Of a stretch of DNA of 28,063 nucleotides, positions 1-8,797 are shown one piece after another. The stretch is taken from assembly GCA_964525635.1 (NCBI GenBank), contig CAZGJX010000049.1, positions 1 to 28,063 on the forward strand, read 5' to 3'. A program made the translations under genes and the position numbers. Within the stretch, counting starts at the first letter, position 1. Every line of letters begins with the position of its first letter. This DNA is from an uncultured archaeon (GTDB lineage: Archaea > Asgardarchaeota > Lokiarchaeia > Sigyniarchaeales > SOKP01). The notes beneath the pieces were generated by a model. The model was not told the DNA's origin. It did not search any database and saw only the letters and a program-made list of their open reading frames with translations.

Positions 1-367
1 TAAGTACACTTCATGCCCAGAAAGCCGGTCCTTCAAAAGAAATAATTATTTATGTATATTTTTAAAGAACGGTAAAAAAAGAAGGTTTCCATTAGGTCTT
101 GGTCTTGATACCATTAAATTTGATTCTAAGTTTCAAGGAAATGGTTCCCAATTTGAAAGTAGCATTCAATTCCAACTAAAAGAGTTAAAAAAAAAAAAAA
201 AAATTCAAATTAAGTTTGAAAATAAAGACTATGAAACGTATAAACAATTTTTCAAAATTAATTCTGAATCAATGAATAATTTCAGTAGAAATATCTTAAA
301 ATTATTGGAAAATCTTACAAAAGATATAAAAACTGAATTTACAGATTTAAGTAATAATTCAAGCTAA
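1..367 (+). CDS. 3' end of a hypothetical protein (5'-partial, runs off the window)
   Basis: Frame 2 is open from base 2 to TAA at 365-367 (KYTSCPESRSFKRNNYLCIFLKNGKKRRFPLGLG...TDLSNNSS*) and is followed by a T-tract. It has no usable start in the window, so it is absent from the ORF track. Confidence 0.55.
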   Translation, partial: KYTSCPESRSFKRNNYLCIFLKNGKKRRFPLGLGLDTIKFDSKFQGNGSQFESSIQFQLKELKKKKKIQIKFENKDYETYKQFFKINSESMNNFSRNILKLLENLTKDIKTEFTDLSNNSS

Positions 368-383
368 TTTTTTCTTTTTTTTT
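368..383 (+). terminator. Oligo-T archaeal-type terminator candidate
   Basis: T-rich run (tttttt c ttttttttt) directly after the stop at 367, between convergent genes. Confidence 0.4.
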
Positions 384-465
384 CTAATTATACCTAAAAT
401 ATTATTAGTTAATATAAAATCAGATGAATTAAAGAAAGAAGAAATATCTAATAATTAAAAATAAA

Positions 466-1098
466 TTATTCAGTTGTTATTTTTAATATCATTTCTGCAA
501 CATGATTATTATATGTGTTGATGTCTTCAAATCCCTCTATTTCTTCTCCACATGTAATAAAGTAATCATTTATTTCTATTTTTCTACTTGTGAAGAATTT
601 TGATATTTTTGCTTTCATTTCTTCTAGTTGCTTATCCTTGTCTCCATCTAAGAGATCGAATTTATTTATAGCACAGAAAATAGCATTTGGAAAAAACCTA
701 ACATCGTTGAAAAATTCAAATTGTGTTTCCAAATCTCTATCACATGAAAATACTGCGATAATTTGGGTTGCTATTCTACTGATTGTGATAATTCCCATCT
801 TTACAACAGCACGTTTGCGATCCCCTCCTGGAGCAAAAATAGTATGTGCTTTATTTGTAGTATCTTCTCTAAAAACCACCCTATTAGGGTGAATTGTTTT
901 TGTTTCTTTTTCATTAAGTTTATCCTGTTTTGTACCTTCTGGTAGTGTAGCTTCACCAGAAAAATCGGTTTTTATAACAGTGCATTTACGACCTCCCTCA
1001 ACACTTTCAATATCACCTTTATTTAAATATTTAACAAAAAGTCGTAATAGTGAAGTCTTTCCTACAGAAATATCTCCCAATAAACCAATATTTACCAT
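466..1098 (-). CDS. Small Ras-like/MglA-like P-loop GTPase with atypical G3
   Basis: G1 GDISVGKT, likely G2 Thr in ETKTI, G3 position FAPGG (no Asp), G4 NKFD, G5-like TCG. Confidence 0.85.
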   Translation of the reverse strand: MVNIGLLGDISVGKTSLLRLFVKYLNKGDIESVEGGRKCTVIKTDFSGEATLPEGTKQDKLNEKETKTIHPNRVVFREDTTNKAHTIFAPGGDRKRAVVKMGIITISRIATQIIAVFSCDRDLETQFEFFNDVRFFPNAIFCAINKFDLLDGDKDKQLEEMKAKISKFFTSRKIEINDYFITCGEEIEGFEDINTYNNHVAEMILKITTE

Positions 1099-1318
1099 TA
1101 GAGAATCACTACTTTTGGATGTTTTTTTTTATACATTGAAAAATCTAGCAAAAATATTATATAATAATTAGTCTATAGTAATTGACTCTTAAAAAATTTT
1201 TTATATCAATAGTTATAGTCTTGGAAATTATAAAAAAATATTTGGATTAGCTAATTAATATACTAGCTTGATAAAGTGATTTTTATCTCAATAAATGATC
1301 AAATTAGAGCTAATCAAT

Positions 1319-1690
1319 TTAACTAAGATTTTGGATTTTTTTAAAATATTTTTCAGCATTTTTTTTATTATGAATATCAAAGAAGGATGTATATATTAAT
1401 TTATAAAAATTCTGTAAAAGTTCTGGATCTCGTTCATATGCTCTTTTAAAGAACCTAATAAAAATTTTAAAATGAAAAGATCCAGCATCTTTAAAGACAT
1501 TTAACTGACCTCTCCAGTTAGATAATGCAGTACTATAAAGTTGTTCAAAGACTATTATGAACTCTCGGAGTCTACTCCTCAATAAGATTGAAGCCTTTTT
1601 ACTAAAGACTAAAGATACTTTGATGTATTGTCCATCAGCTAATAAGTGCATCTTATCTTCATAGCTTATTTCATTTAGTGTTTTATAAGA
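1319..1690 (-). pseudogene. Truncated or chimeric remnant of a longin-like domain of the type found at the C-terminus of large Asgard proteins
   Basis: The reading frame continues upstream of the ATG at 1651 (KTLNEISYEDK-MHLLADGQYIKVSLVFSKKASILLRSRLREFIIVFEQLYSTALSNWRGQLNVF), matching the second half of a longin-like fold. The frame is closed by TAA at 1726-1724 with no further ATG, and the IS lies just upstream. Confidence 0.5.
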
Positions 1691-1788
1691 TTTATATGTA
1701 ATATTAAGGTATAAATATATAACTTATAGGAAGGAAAAAAATAAAAGTACTAAAAAAGGAAGAAATTATTTTATTAATAATTTAAATT

Positions 1789-1802
1789 CTTGAGTTTATA
1801 AG
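1789..1802 (+). repeat. Left terminal inverted repeat of IS1634 element
   Basis: cttgagtttataag is the exact reverse complement of 3807-3820. Confidence 0.92.
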
Positions 1803-2058
1803 ATAATATTTTTTTTATAATTTTAATCTTCTTCTCTCTTAGGGGAACAACGACATTATTTCAAACTACCTTATTTTTAGCTTAAATTATACGTATTTTT
1901 TAACTTTTAAGAATTGATCTAATTCATTCATGTGGGGGTGGCGTTCCTTCTGGACATGGTGTAGTGCCTAACCATAATATTTTATATAACAAATTTAGAC
2001 TTTATGAAAATATAATCAAACCGATCAACTTAAATTATTGTATGACCTAATAATATAC

Positions 2059-3711
2059 ATGGTACATTTGATTAAAAAAGTAATTAAAGGCAATACCTAT
2101 CTTTACCTCGCTGCGAGTGCTAGGATTGATGGAAAACCAAAAAGAATTTGGCAAAAATATCTCGGTCCTGAAGATAAGCTCAATGAGTTAACAGAATTGC
2201 ACATGGATGTCGAGCCTCGCATCGTAACTCTTGATTTTGGGCTCCCGATTGCCCTCTTACAATTGATAAAAGAGCTCAATCTCATTGAAATCATCGATGA
2301 ATCCACGAGCAAGCGAGCTCAAGGGTTGTCTGTTGGGCATTATGTTGCTTTAGCGGTCATCAATAGGTGCGTTAAGCCCACTTCTAAGGCGAAGCTCCGT
2401 CGTTGGTTTGAGCATACGGCCCTTTTTAAGGAGTTTCCTCCCATTGACACATATTTGGATTCCATGGCTTATACCAACCACTTCAAGTATCTAACGCCTG
2501 ATATTATCGAGAACATCGAAGAACGCATTAATAAAAAGTTAATTGAAGTGTTTCACGTGTCCATGAACACCTTGTTTTATGATCCAACAAATTTTTTTAC
2601 TTATATCAATCCCAAAGAGAGCGCGGAACTTCCAAAACATGGACATTCCAAGGAAGGGCGATTCACGCTCAACTTAGTTGGTTTGACCTTATTTTGTACC
2701 AAGGATGGAGGCGTGCCCGTGCTTCATGATATCTATCCCGGAAATGCTCAAGATGCAAAGGTATTTAAGGAACAGATTCCGCATCTTCTTGAGAGGTTAA
2801 AGCGAGTTGGTATCAGTCCTTACGAACTTTGTTTGGTATTCGATAAGGGAAACCTTTCTCAAGAAGCGTTTGATCAAATAAATTCTGCTAATATTCGTTT
2901 TATCTGTTCTATCCGCCCCAGCACGCAAAAAGAATTTGACTACTTGACACCTGCAGATTTTTCTCTCGAAAAATTCCCGAATGGAAAGGAGATCGGCGTG
3001 CTTGAATTTGATAGACACTTATATGGGCCACATGACAGGCTTTTAGTGGTGTATAATCCCCGAATGAAAGCATGGCAAGAAAGGAATCTCAAGATAAAAC
3101 TGGAAAAAAAAATTGAAGCGGTTCATGAGTGGTTTAAAGATCGCTTGAATGTAAAGAAATGGAGGATGCCTGAAGCATTTGAGAAAAAAATCCAAGCTAT
3201 TTTTAAGAATAAAAAGCATCTCGAGTTGGTGGATTACTCCGTTTCTGGTACGGTTGCTAAGGTCAAATATGAAATTAACATCAACAAGAAGGCGCTGGAG
3301 GCTCACATTAATACTCTTGGAAAGAGCTTTTTTTTATCCAATCATCCCGACATGGCTTCTCTCGATATCGTGTGGTTATATCGGCAACAATACACGGTAG
3401 AACGGGCGTTTAAATATATCAAGTCACCCGATCTCTTATCCCTGAGACCGATGTACCACTGGAAAGATGATAGCATTCGTGGTCATTTATTCACGTGCGT
3501 TTTAGGGCTATTATTGTTATCACTCTTAACCCGAAAAATACAATTCGAATTTAAACAACTGAGTATTTGGAATATCGTTGAATTACTTTCGGAAATCGAG
3601 TTAGCAATTATCGAGTATGAAGGAAGCAACAAAATCATCAAAAAAATAGTTGAAATTTCTCCAAAAGCCGCGGAATTGTCTAAATTTTTGGAGCTTGAAG
3701 CGATTATCTAA
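2059..3711 (+). CDS. IS1634-family DDE transposase
   Basis: N-terminal KKVIKGNTYLYLAASARIDGKPKRIWQKYLG, catalytic motifs YDPTNF, GHSKEGR, VFDKG, Y-x-x-x-x-x-VERAFK, and LRPMYHW...IRGHLFTCVL. ATG 2059 is preferred over the TTG at 2038 in the ORF track. Confidence 0.93.
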   Translation: MVHLIKKVIKGNTYLYLAASARIDGKPKRIWQKYLGPEDKLNELTELHMDVEPRIVTLDFGLPIALLQLIKELNLIEIIDESTSKRAQGLSVGHYVALAVINRCVKPTSKAKLRRWFEHTALFKEFPPIDTYLDSMAYTNHFKYLTPDIIENIEERINKKLIEVFHVSMNTLFYDPTNFFTYINPKESAELPKHGHSKEGRFTLNLVGLTLFCTKDGGVPVLHDIYPGNAQDAKVFKEQIPHLLERLKRVGISPYELCLVFDKGNLSQEAFDQINSANIRFICSIRPSTQKEFDYLTPADFSLEKFPNGKEIGVLEFDRHLYGPHDRLLVVYNPRMKAWQERNLKIKLEKKIEAVHEWFKDRLNVKKWRMPEAFEKKIQAIFKNKKHLELVDYSVSGTVAKVKYEININKKALEAHINTLGKSFFLSNHPDMASLDIVWLYRQQYTVERAFKYIKSPDLLSLRPMYHWKDDSIRGHLFTCVLGLLLLSLLTRKIQFEFKQLSIWNIVELLSEIELAIIEYEGSNKIIKKIVEISPKAAELSKFLELEAII

Positions 3712-3806
3712 AATTTTAATTGTGTAGTACCTAACTTTTTTATCACATTTTAAGAGAATGCCATCTTTTACAGTTACAGAGAAAAAAAAATAAGAGTGTG
3801 TAATAA

Positions 3807-3820
3807 CTTATAAACTCAAG
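3807..3820 (-). repeat. Right terminal inverted repeat of IS1634 element
   Basis: cttataaactcaag followed by the target duplication aaatt. Confidence 0.92.
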
Positions 3821-3882
3821 AAATTAAATAAAAAAAAAGTTTAAATCCAATTGGTTAATTAAATTAAAAAGAGGTTTGAAAA

Positions 3883-4488
3883 ATGAAAGATGAGGAAGAT
3901 GTTTTTAAAATAGGAATGCATGAATATTCAAAAGAAGATATTGAATTTTTTGAAATTTATGATGCCTTTGAAAGACTTCCAGCAAGTATGATATTTAGCA
4001 AATTATTAGAAGCATTATTATTTATGGATGAGAATATTAAATATCACTTAGAAGATATTTTATTATATCATGAAGAGCAATATCCAAAATCTGTCTTAAA
4101 ATACTTTTTAGATGATATATGTTATATCCAAGAGTATGATGAAGATGTTGTAATAGATATTCACTCAGAGGATTATAATACCCAACTAAATACCCTTGTC
4201 AGAAAAATTGCCCCAAAAATTGAAATGATAGATGAGGATCATTTTGTAATAACTGAGTCTGTATTCAATGACACTCTTGACTCAGAATTTAAATCTTATA
4301 AGACATTAGAGTATAATTTTCTTAAGAATTATGATCTTAAAATTCCCTCCTCAATTATTGGGGAGGAGTGGAGCATTTATAAATTTATCAATGGTGCAAT
4401 TTCAAGGCTTGTATCTGAACAACTTGAATTAGATCAGGTTAATAATTTTATTAGAGAGGGTGTAAAAAACGAATTTGTTGTATTCTAA
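3883..4488 (+). CDS. Hypothetical, strongly acidic protein
   Basis: 201-aa ORF with a GAGG-type RBS upstream; hand count about 44 D/E versus about 19 K/R; no family recognised. Confidence 0.7.
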   Translation: MKDEEDVFKIGMHEYSKEDIEFFEIYDAFERLPASMIFSKLLEALLFMDENIKYHLEDILLYHEEQYPKSVLKYFLDDICYIQEYDEDVVIDIHSEDYNTQLNTLVRKIAPKIEMIDEDHFVITESVFNDTLDSEFKSYKTLEYNFLKNYDLKIPSSIIGEEWSIYKFINGAISRLVSEQLELDQVNNFIREGVKNEFVVF

Positions 4489-4540
4489 ATAATGATTTTC
4501 AAATTAATCATTTTTAAATAAATTATAAAAGAGGACCAAT

Positions 4541-7138
4541 ATGATTAGTTAATGTCTCTAAAACTAATATATAAATAGTAAAATGGAATTGCTATTTCGC
4601 TATGTAAAATGTGGTCTTGAATTTAAATTGGAACCATTCAAACTAGAATATAATAGATTATGATGCCCAAGATGTAGAGATAGGAAATATAATCGAAAAA
4701 ATAATGAGAATAATGATTTTAAAAATACTTTTACTATAAATAAATGGAGTCCAAATCATAGACAACTTAATAACAATTTCCAGAACCACATAGATTCAAA
4801 AGATATGGACGTAGAAAAACCTTCAAATACTACTTTTTTTTTAAATAAGGATGAAATTTCTAAAATATCCGCTTATATTTATGAAGAAATTCAGCGTAGA
4901 CTTGGTCAGCATACCAATAAAGAAAAAATTCTGAATGAAATGTTAGATTTAAATAAAATAGATGAGATTTTAACTACATTAGATATCAAGGATAATATGA
5001 CTAATAGAGAGCAAATACAACAAGCAATTATAATTCTGAGTTTTACATTCTTAAAAGCTAGCGACTATTTAGAACTTTTAAAATCATTGAAAGATTTCAC
5101 AGGGAAGTATAATTCGACTCTAAAAACGCAAATTGTTAGATATCTTATTCCACTAAGCGATATTTATTCTATTGACGTGAAAAAATGGCTACCTGCCTCT
5201 TACCCTAAAAAATGGACTGAAAAAAGAAAAATAATATTAGACACAGTTAAAGAAATTATTCAAAGATACCAGTTTAGACCTTATCAGGATTTCTCCGACC
5301 ATATCAAAAATGAAATCATCTCTGAAATTTTATCGCAATTAAGATTAAAAATCCCATTTTATAATGAAATTGTTAAATACCCCGATTTCATGGATTTAAT
5401 TGAAAAATACATTATCATGATTTATCTAATTATAAAAAGACCTTCCTTGAGTCAATCAGAAATAGTTAAAATGAGTGGACTAGGGCATACAGCCGTTAAG
5501 AGTGTTGCTAATTCTTTAAATCTTAAATTAAATAAATCATATCAGCCATTACGAGAGGATGAAATTAAGAAAATCTTAGAATTAATCAAAAAGGAAATAG
5601 ATAAGTTCAAAAAAGGTATGATACCTAAAAGTCTAAGTCAACTTTCAAGAGAAATTGGAATGGATTCAAGTCCTTTTCTTTATTGGAGTAAAAAAAAATT
5701 TCCTGAAGAATATAATAAAATATGGAAAAAGAATAATTGGTTTATTCCAAAAAAGACCAAGAATCTTATCTTTGAAGTGCTCGAAAGGCAGATTAAAAAT
5801 TATAGAAATGGAAAACAAGTGTCTTCTTTAGGAGAGATAGCTAGAAATTTTAATGTATCTCTTGAAAGTGTAGCTAAAATAGCTAGAAAGCATTTCAAGG
5901 AATGGTATGATAAAATTTGGGGTGCGAATCATTTCTTATCTGAAGATATGAGACAAAATTTAACAAAAAAAATCAAATTAGAATCAAAAAAAAAGAATCC
6001 AGATTCTCTTAGTAAGATTGGAAGGGATTTTGGAACATCATATGACGTTGCAAGATATCATGCCAAAAAGACTCTTGGTAAAGATGCCTATAATAGAACA
6101 TGGGGTAAATCCCGAGTAAAAAATGATGCTGTCCTCTTTAAAAAACTCGATAACATCATTAACAATGAAATTAAAATGTATTATGATTTTAAAAATGATA
6201 AGCAAGTTGTCTTCGATAAATTTTTCAGCAATTTCAACATTCAAAATGCATCTTATACCCCTAAGTCAATTATGTCCATCGCGGATTCGCTTGGGCTGGG
6301 CAGAAGCCATGTTGAATATTATGTACAACATGAATACCCCCTTGAATACAAGGAAATCTGGGCTAGAGGTGATGATTGGTTTGTCTCGGATGATGTTAAA
6401 GAAAAAATCATTCAGGATATCCTCGATTCCGAAAATGGACTCTCCCTAAATCAAATCGGAAAAAAATATGGCTTTAACATCTCAACCATAACAAGAATTT
6501 CAAGACAGGACGTTGAGCCGCATTATAAAGGATTTTCCCATGAAAAGCGATTCCCTGTAGAGCTCCATCAACGTATCGGAACTCAAGTTCACTCCATCAT
6601 CCATGGATTAATAACAAGACATCTCCTCAATAATAACATTAAAATTTTCTCCGAAATTCCTCGTGAAAATACAAACTATACCTACGACCAAATTATCCCT
6701 AACATTCATTAACAATACGTAATTGAGTTCTTTGACAATGAGATTTCAAGAAATATCCTTAAAGAGATTTCACTTCGATTAACTGATTTGAACGCGTTTC
6801 GAAATATCATTTTTGAATACACTAGCTACATTGGAAAAAAACTTACAATAAATAAAATCAAAAAATATTACAGCCCCGACGATTTGCTCTTCATTGTTAT
6901 TACTCGATGGCATCCGTCTTATAAGAATCCCATCTTTTACCTTCAGAAATTTAATAGCATTGTGATTAAACATGATTATTTTGCTAATCTTCTTAAAATT
7001 CAAGGAGAACTGCGAGATATGTTCGAACATATCATCGATTTAAATTACAATAAGGATCTGGAAAATTTAATAAAATTAAATTATCAATCCAAATTCTTCA
7101 CTTTAAATCGTCAAGAGTATGAAGGGTTCTTGAAGTGA
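4541..7138 (+). pseudogene. Stop-interrupted gene: degenerate zinc ribbon + tandem HTH repeats + C-terminal PD-(D/E)XK-like domain
   Basis: ORFs 4805-6712 and 6788-7138 are in the same frame and separated only by TAA 6710-6712, with no further stop between them. Upstream in the same frame: MIS*CL*N*YINSKMELLFRYVKCGLEFKLEPFKLEYNRL*CPRC, with stops at 4550, 4559, 4565 and 4661. Confidence 0.7.
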
Positions 7139-7193
7139 ATTGATAATGTTTATTTATATTATGGAATTTATCAGGATTCCATATTTTCTTTAT

Positions 7194-8012
7194 TTAATCG
7201 CCATTTCCTAGTAGTCGTTTGAGGAGCCGCTCATAGTCGTCGATAAGAAATTGTGAAAGTAACGCATTATTATGTGAATGTATTAGTGCAATGAGCACTT
7301 CTTTTAGATTTCTTGCTTTTTTAGCATATGCTATAAGGTTCTCAGGTGTAGATTCTTTACCAAATTTCACAGCCGGTTTTTCAAATCCAAAATTTTTTAA
7401 AGGAGGTAAAGAATTAAAGAATCCAAATGCAGTATATCCTTCATGTTGAAAGAACATAAAAAATCTTGATTTAATTGACTTAATTATTGTTGTTAGATAT
7501 ACTGAAGGGTATAGCTCCCCTAAAATTAATTCATCATCTTGTTTTATTACAAAATATGGTGATACAGGGCTAGCTTGTTTTCCATACATCTCTCTTGGAG
7601 GGACTGATATAAATGGTAATTTTTCAGAAATAATTGCCCATAAATCTTCTCTGTTTTTTTCCAATAAAATATCTTTTATTTCATCATAAGCAAAATAAAA
7701 ATCAGATTGTAGTGATAATAAAGAGCTTAAATATACTGATAAAGATGCAAAAGTAGCTTCAATAAGAGGTCTTCGACTACCATCTGAAGGTTTGGCTGCT
7801 CCTTTCCATCCACGTAAAGCAGAATAAGCGAATCCTTGAACATCAAAAAAACCACCTGATAGTAAAATAAAAGAAGGGGTCATTTTTTCCTTATCTATTA
7901 AGAAAGTATTCACTTTCGCAATTAAATTCTCCTCCAATTCAGGCGTATTAAACTTCGAATGAATTTTAGGCATTATTAGCCATTTTTTTTCCTTTTTCGC
8001 CATACCATACAC
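7194..8012 (-). CDS. Hypothetical protein
   Basis: 272-aa ORF with globular-protein composition; the start may be ATG 8003 (MAKKEKK). Confidence 0.75.
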   Translation of the reverse strand: MYGMAKKEKKWLIMPKIHSKFNTPELEENLIAKVNTFLIDKEKMTPSFILLSGGFFDVQGFAYSALRGWKGAAKPSDGSRRPLIEATFASLSVYLSSLLSLQSDFYFAYDEIKDILLEKNREDLWAIISEKLPFISVPPREMYGKQASPVSPYFVIKQDDELILGELYPSVYLTTIIKSIKSRFFMFFQHEGYTAFGFFNSLPPLKNFGFEKPAVKFGKESTPENLIAYAKKARNLKEVLIALIHSHNNALLSQFLIDDYERLLKRLLGNGD

Positions 8013-8093
8013 ACCCTTTCATAGCATTTAAAATAATAAAGATTACAAACTTATTAATTTTTGTTCTTAAAAATATTTAGAAAATTATCAAAA

Positions 8094-8702
8094 TTAAGTT
8101 TTTTCTAAAGATAATAATTCTCTTATTTTTGATGTAATTAGATCATAATCATCAATTGATTTTAAATTATTTATATGAATCTTCTCTATTATATCTGTAT
8201 TCTTAAAATATTCATATTTTAATTTTAATTCAAGATTTTTTTCCTTAATTTCTATTAATGCTCCTTTTAAAAAGATTTTAATAAATTCTTCAGATGTTTC
8301 TTTAATATTAAATCTAAGTGGATCAATAAATTTTATTTCTAATTGATTTAAGTCAATTAAATTTAGTATACATAATAATTCTCCTTCTTTTTCATCCTTT
8401 TTAGAAAATATCTTTCTTTTAATTTTAGTATCTTTGACTTTATCCTTAGAAATATCAGGAATAAAATATTCTTCTTCTTTTTGTTCTTGTTTCAAATCAA
8501 TTGATTCTGCTAAAATTTCATTTGCGCTATAGAATGATTTGGTGGAAATCATTTTATTAATATAAGATAACGTTTCTTTTAATTCAGAAATTTCTTCTTG
8601 TAACTCTTCAAGTTGTTCCATTTTTCTATAATAAAGATTTTGGAGTGAAGATAGAATTTTAGTTAAATTTTCAACTTCACTATCTTTTTCTTTTCTCTGC
8701 AT
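8094..8702 (-). CDS. Hypothetical protein with N-terminal coiled coil
   Basis: 202 aa; heptad-like segment LQNLYYRKMEQLEELQEEISELKETLSYINKMI. Confidence 0.75.
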   Translation of the reverse strand: MQRKEKDSEVENLTKILSSLQNLYYRKMEQLEELQEEISELKETLSYINKMISTKSFYSANEILAESIDLKQEQKEEEYFIPDISKDKVKDTKIKRKIFSKKDEKEGELLCILNLIDLNQLEIKFIDPLRFNIKETSEEFIKIFLKGALIEIKEKNLELKLKYEYFKNTDIIEKIHINNLKSIDDYDLITSKIRELLSLEKT

Positions 8703-8797
8703 TGATTTTGTATATGTTTTATAAAAAATTAAAATTTATTTATTTAAAAATACAAACTAGTGATAAATTAAGTAATTTATAATAGGACAATGAAGTT

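Larger units (their letters stand above)
1789..3820 (+). mobile_element. Complete IS1634-family insertion sequence (2032 bp)
   Basis: Perfect 14-bp TIRs CTTGAGTTTATAAG (1789-1802) and CTTATAAACTCAAG (3807-3820), flanked by the 5-bp direct repeat AAATT (1784-1788 and 3821-3825). Contains one DDE transposase and is visibly more GC-rich than its flanks. Confidence 0.93.

Noticed and set aside
1245-1316. attagctaat palindrome and a similar ttagagctaat copy upstream of the GTPase
   Set aside because: Short and AT-rich, so expected by chance at this composition; no second locus supports it.
2038-2058. TTG start for the transposase
   Set aside because: The family-like N-terminus begins at ATG 2059, and the extension overlaps a repeated DNA motif.
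4661-4663. TGA before CPRC as selenocysteine (U-C-P-R-C), with a start at ATG 4583
   Set aside because: The position corresponds to the Trp of W-C-P-x-C (one TGG to TGA change), and three nearby in-frame TAA stops indicate decay. No SECIS could be recognised.
4541-7138. Stop-codon reassignment (alternative genetic code)
   Set aside because: All neighbouring genes terminate normally at TAA, TAG or TGA, and the interrupted positions correspond to different amino acids.
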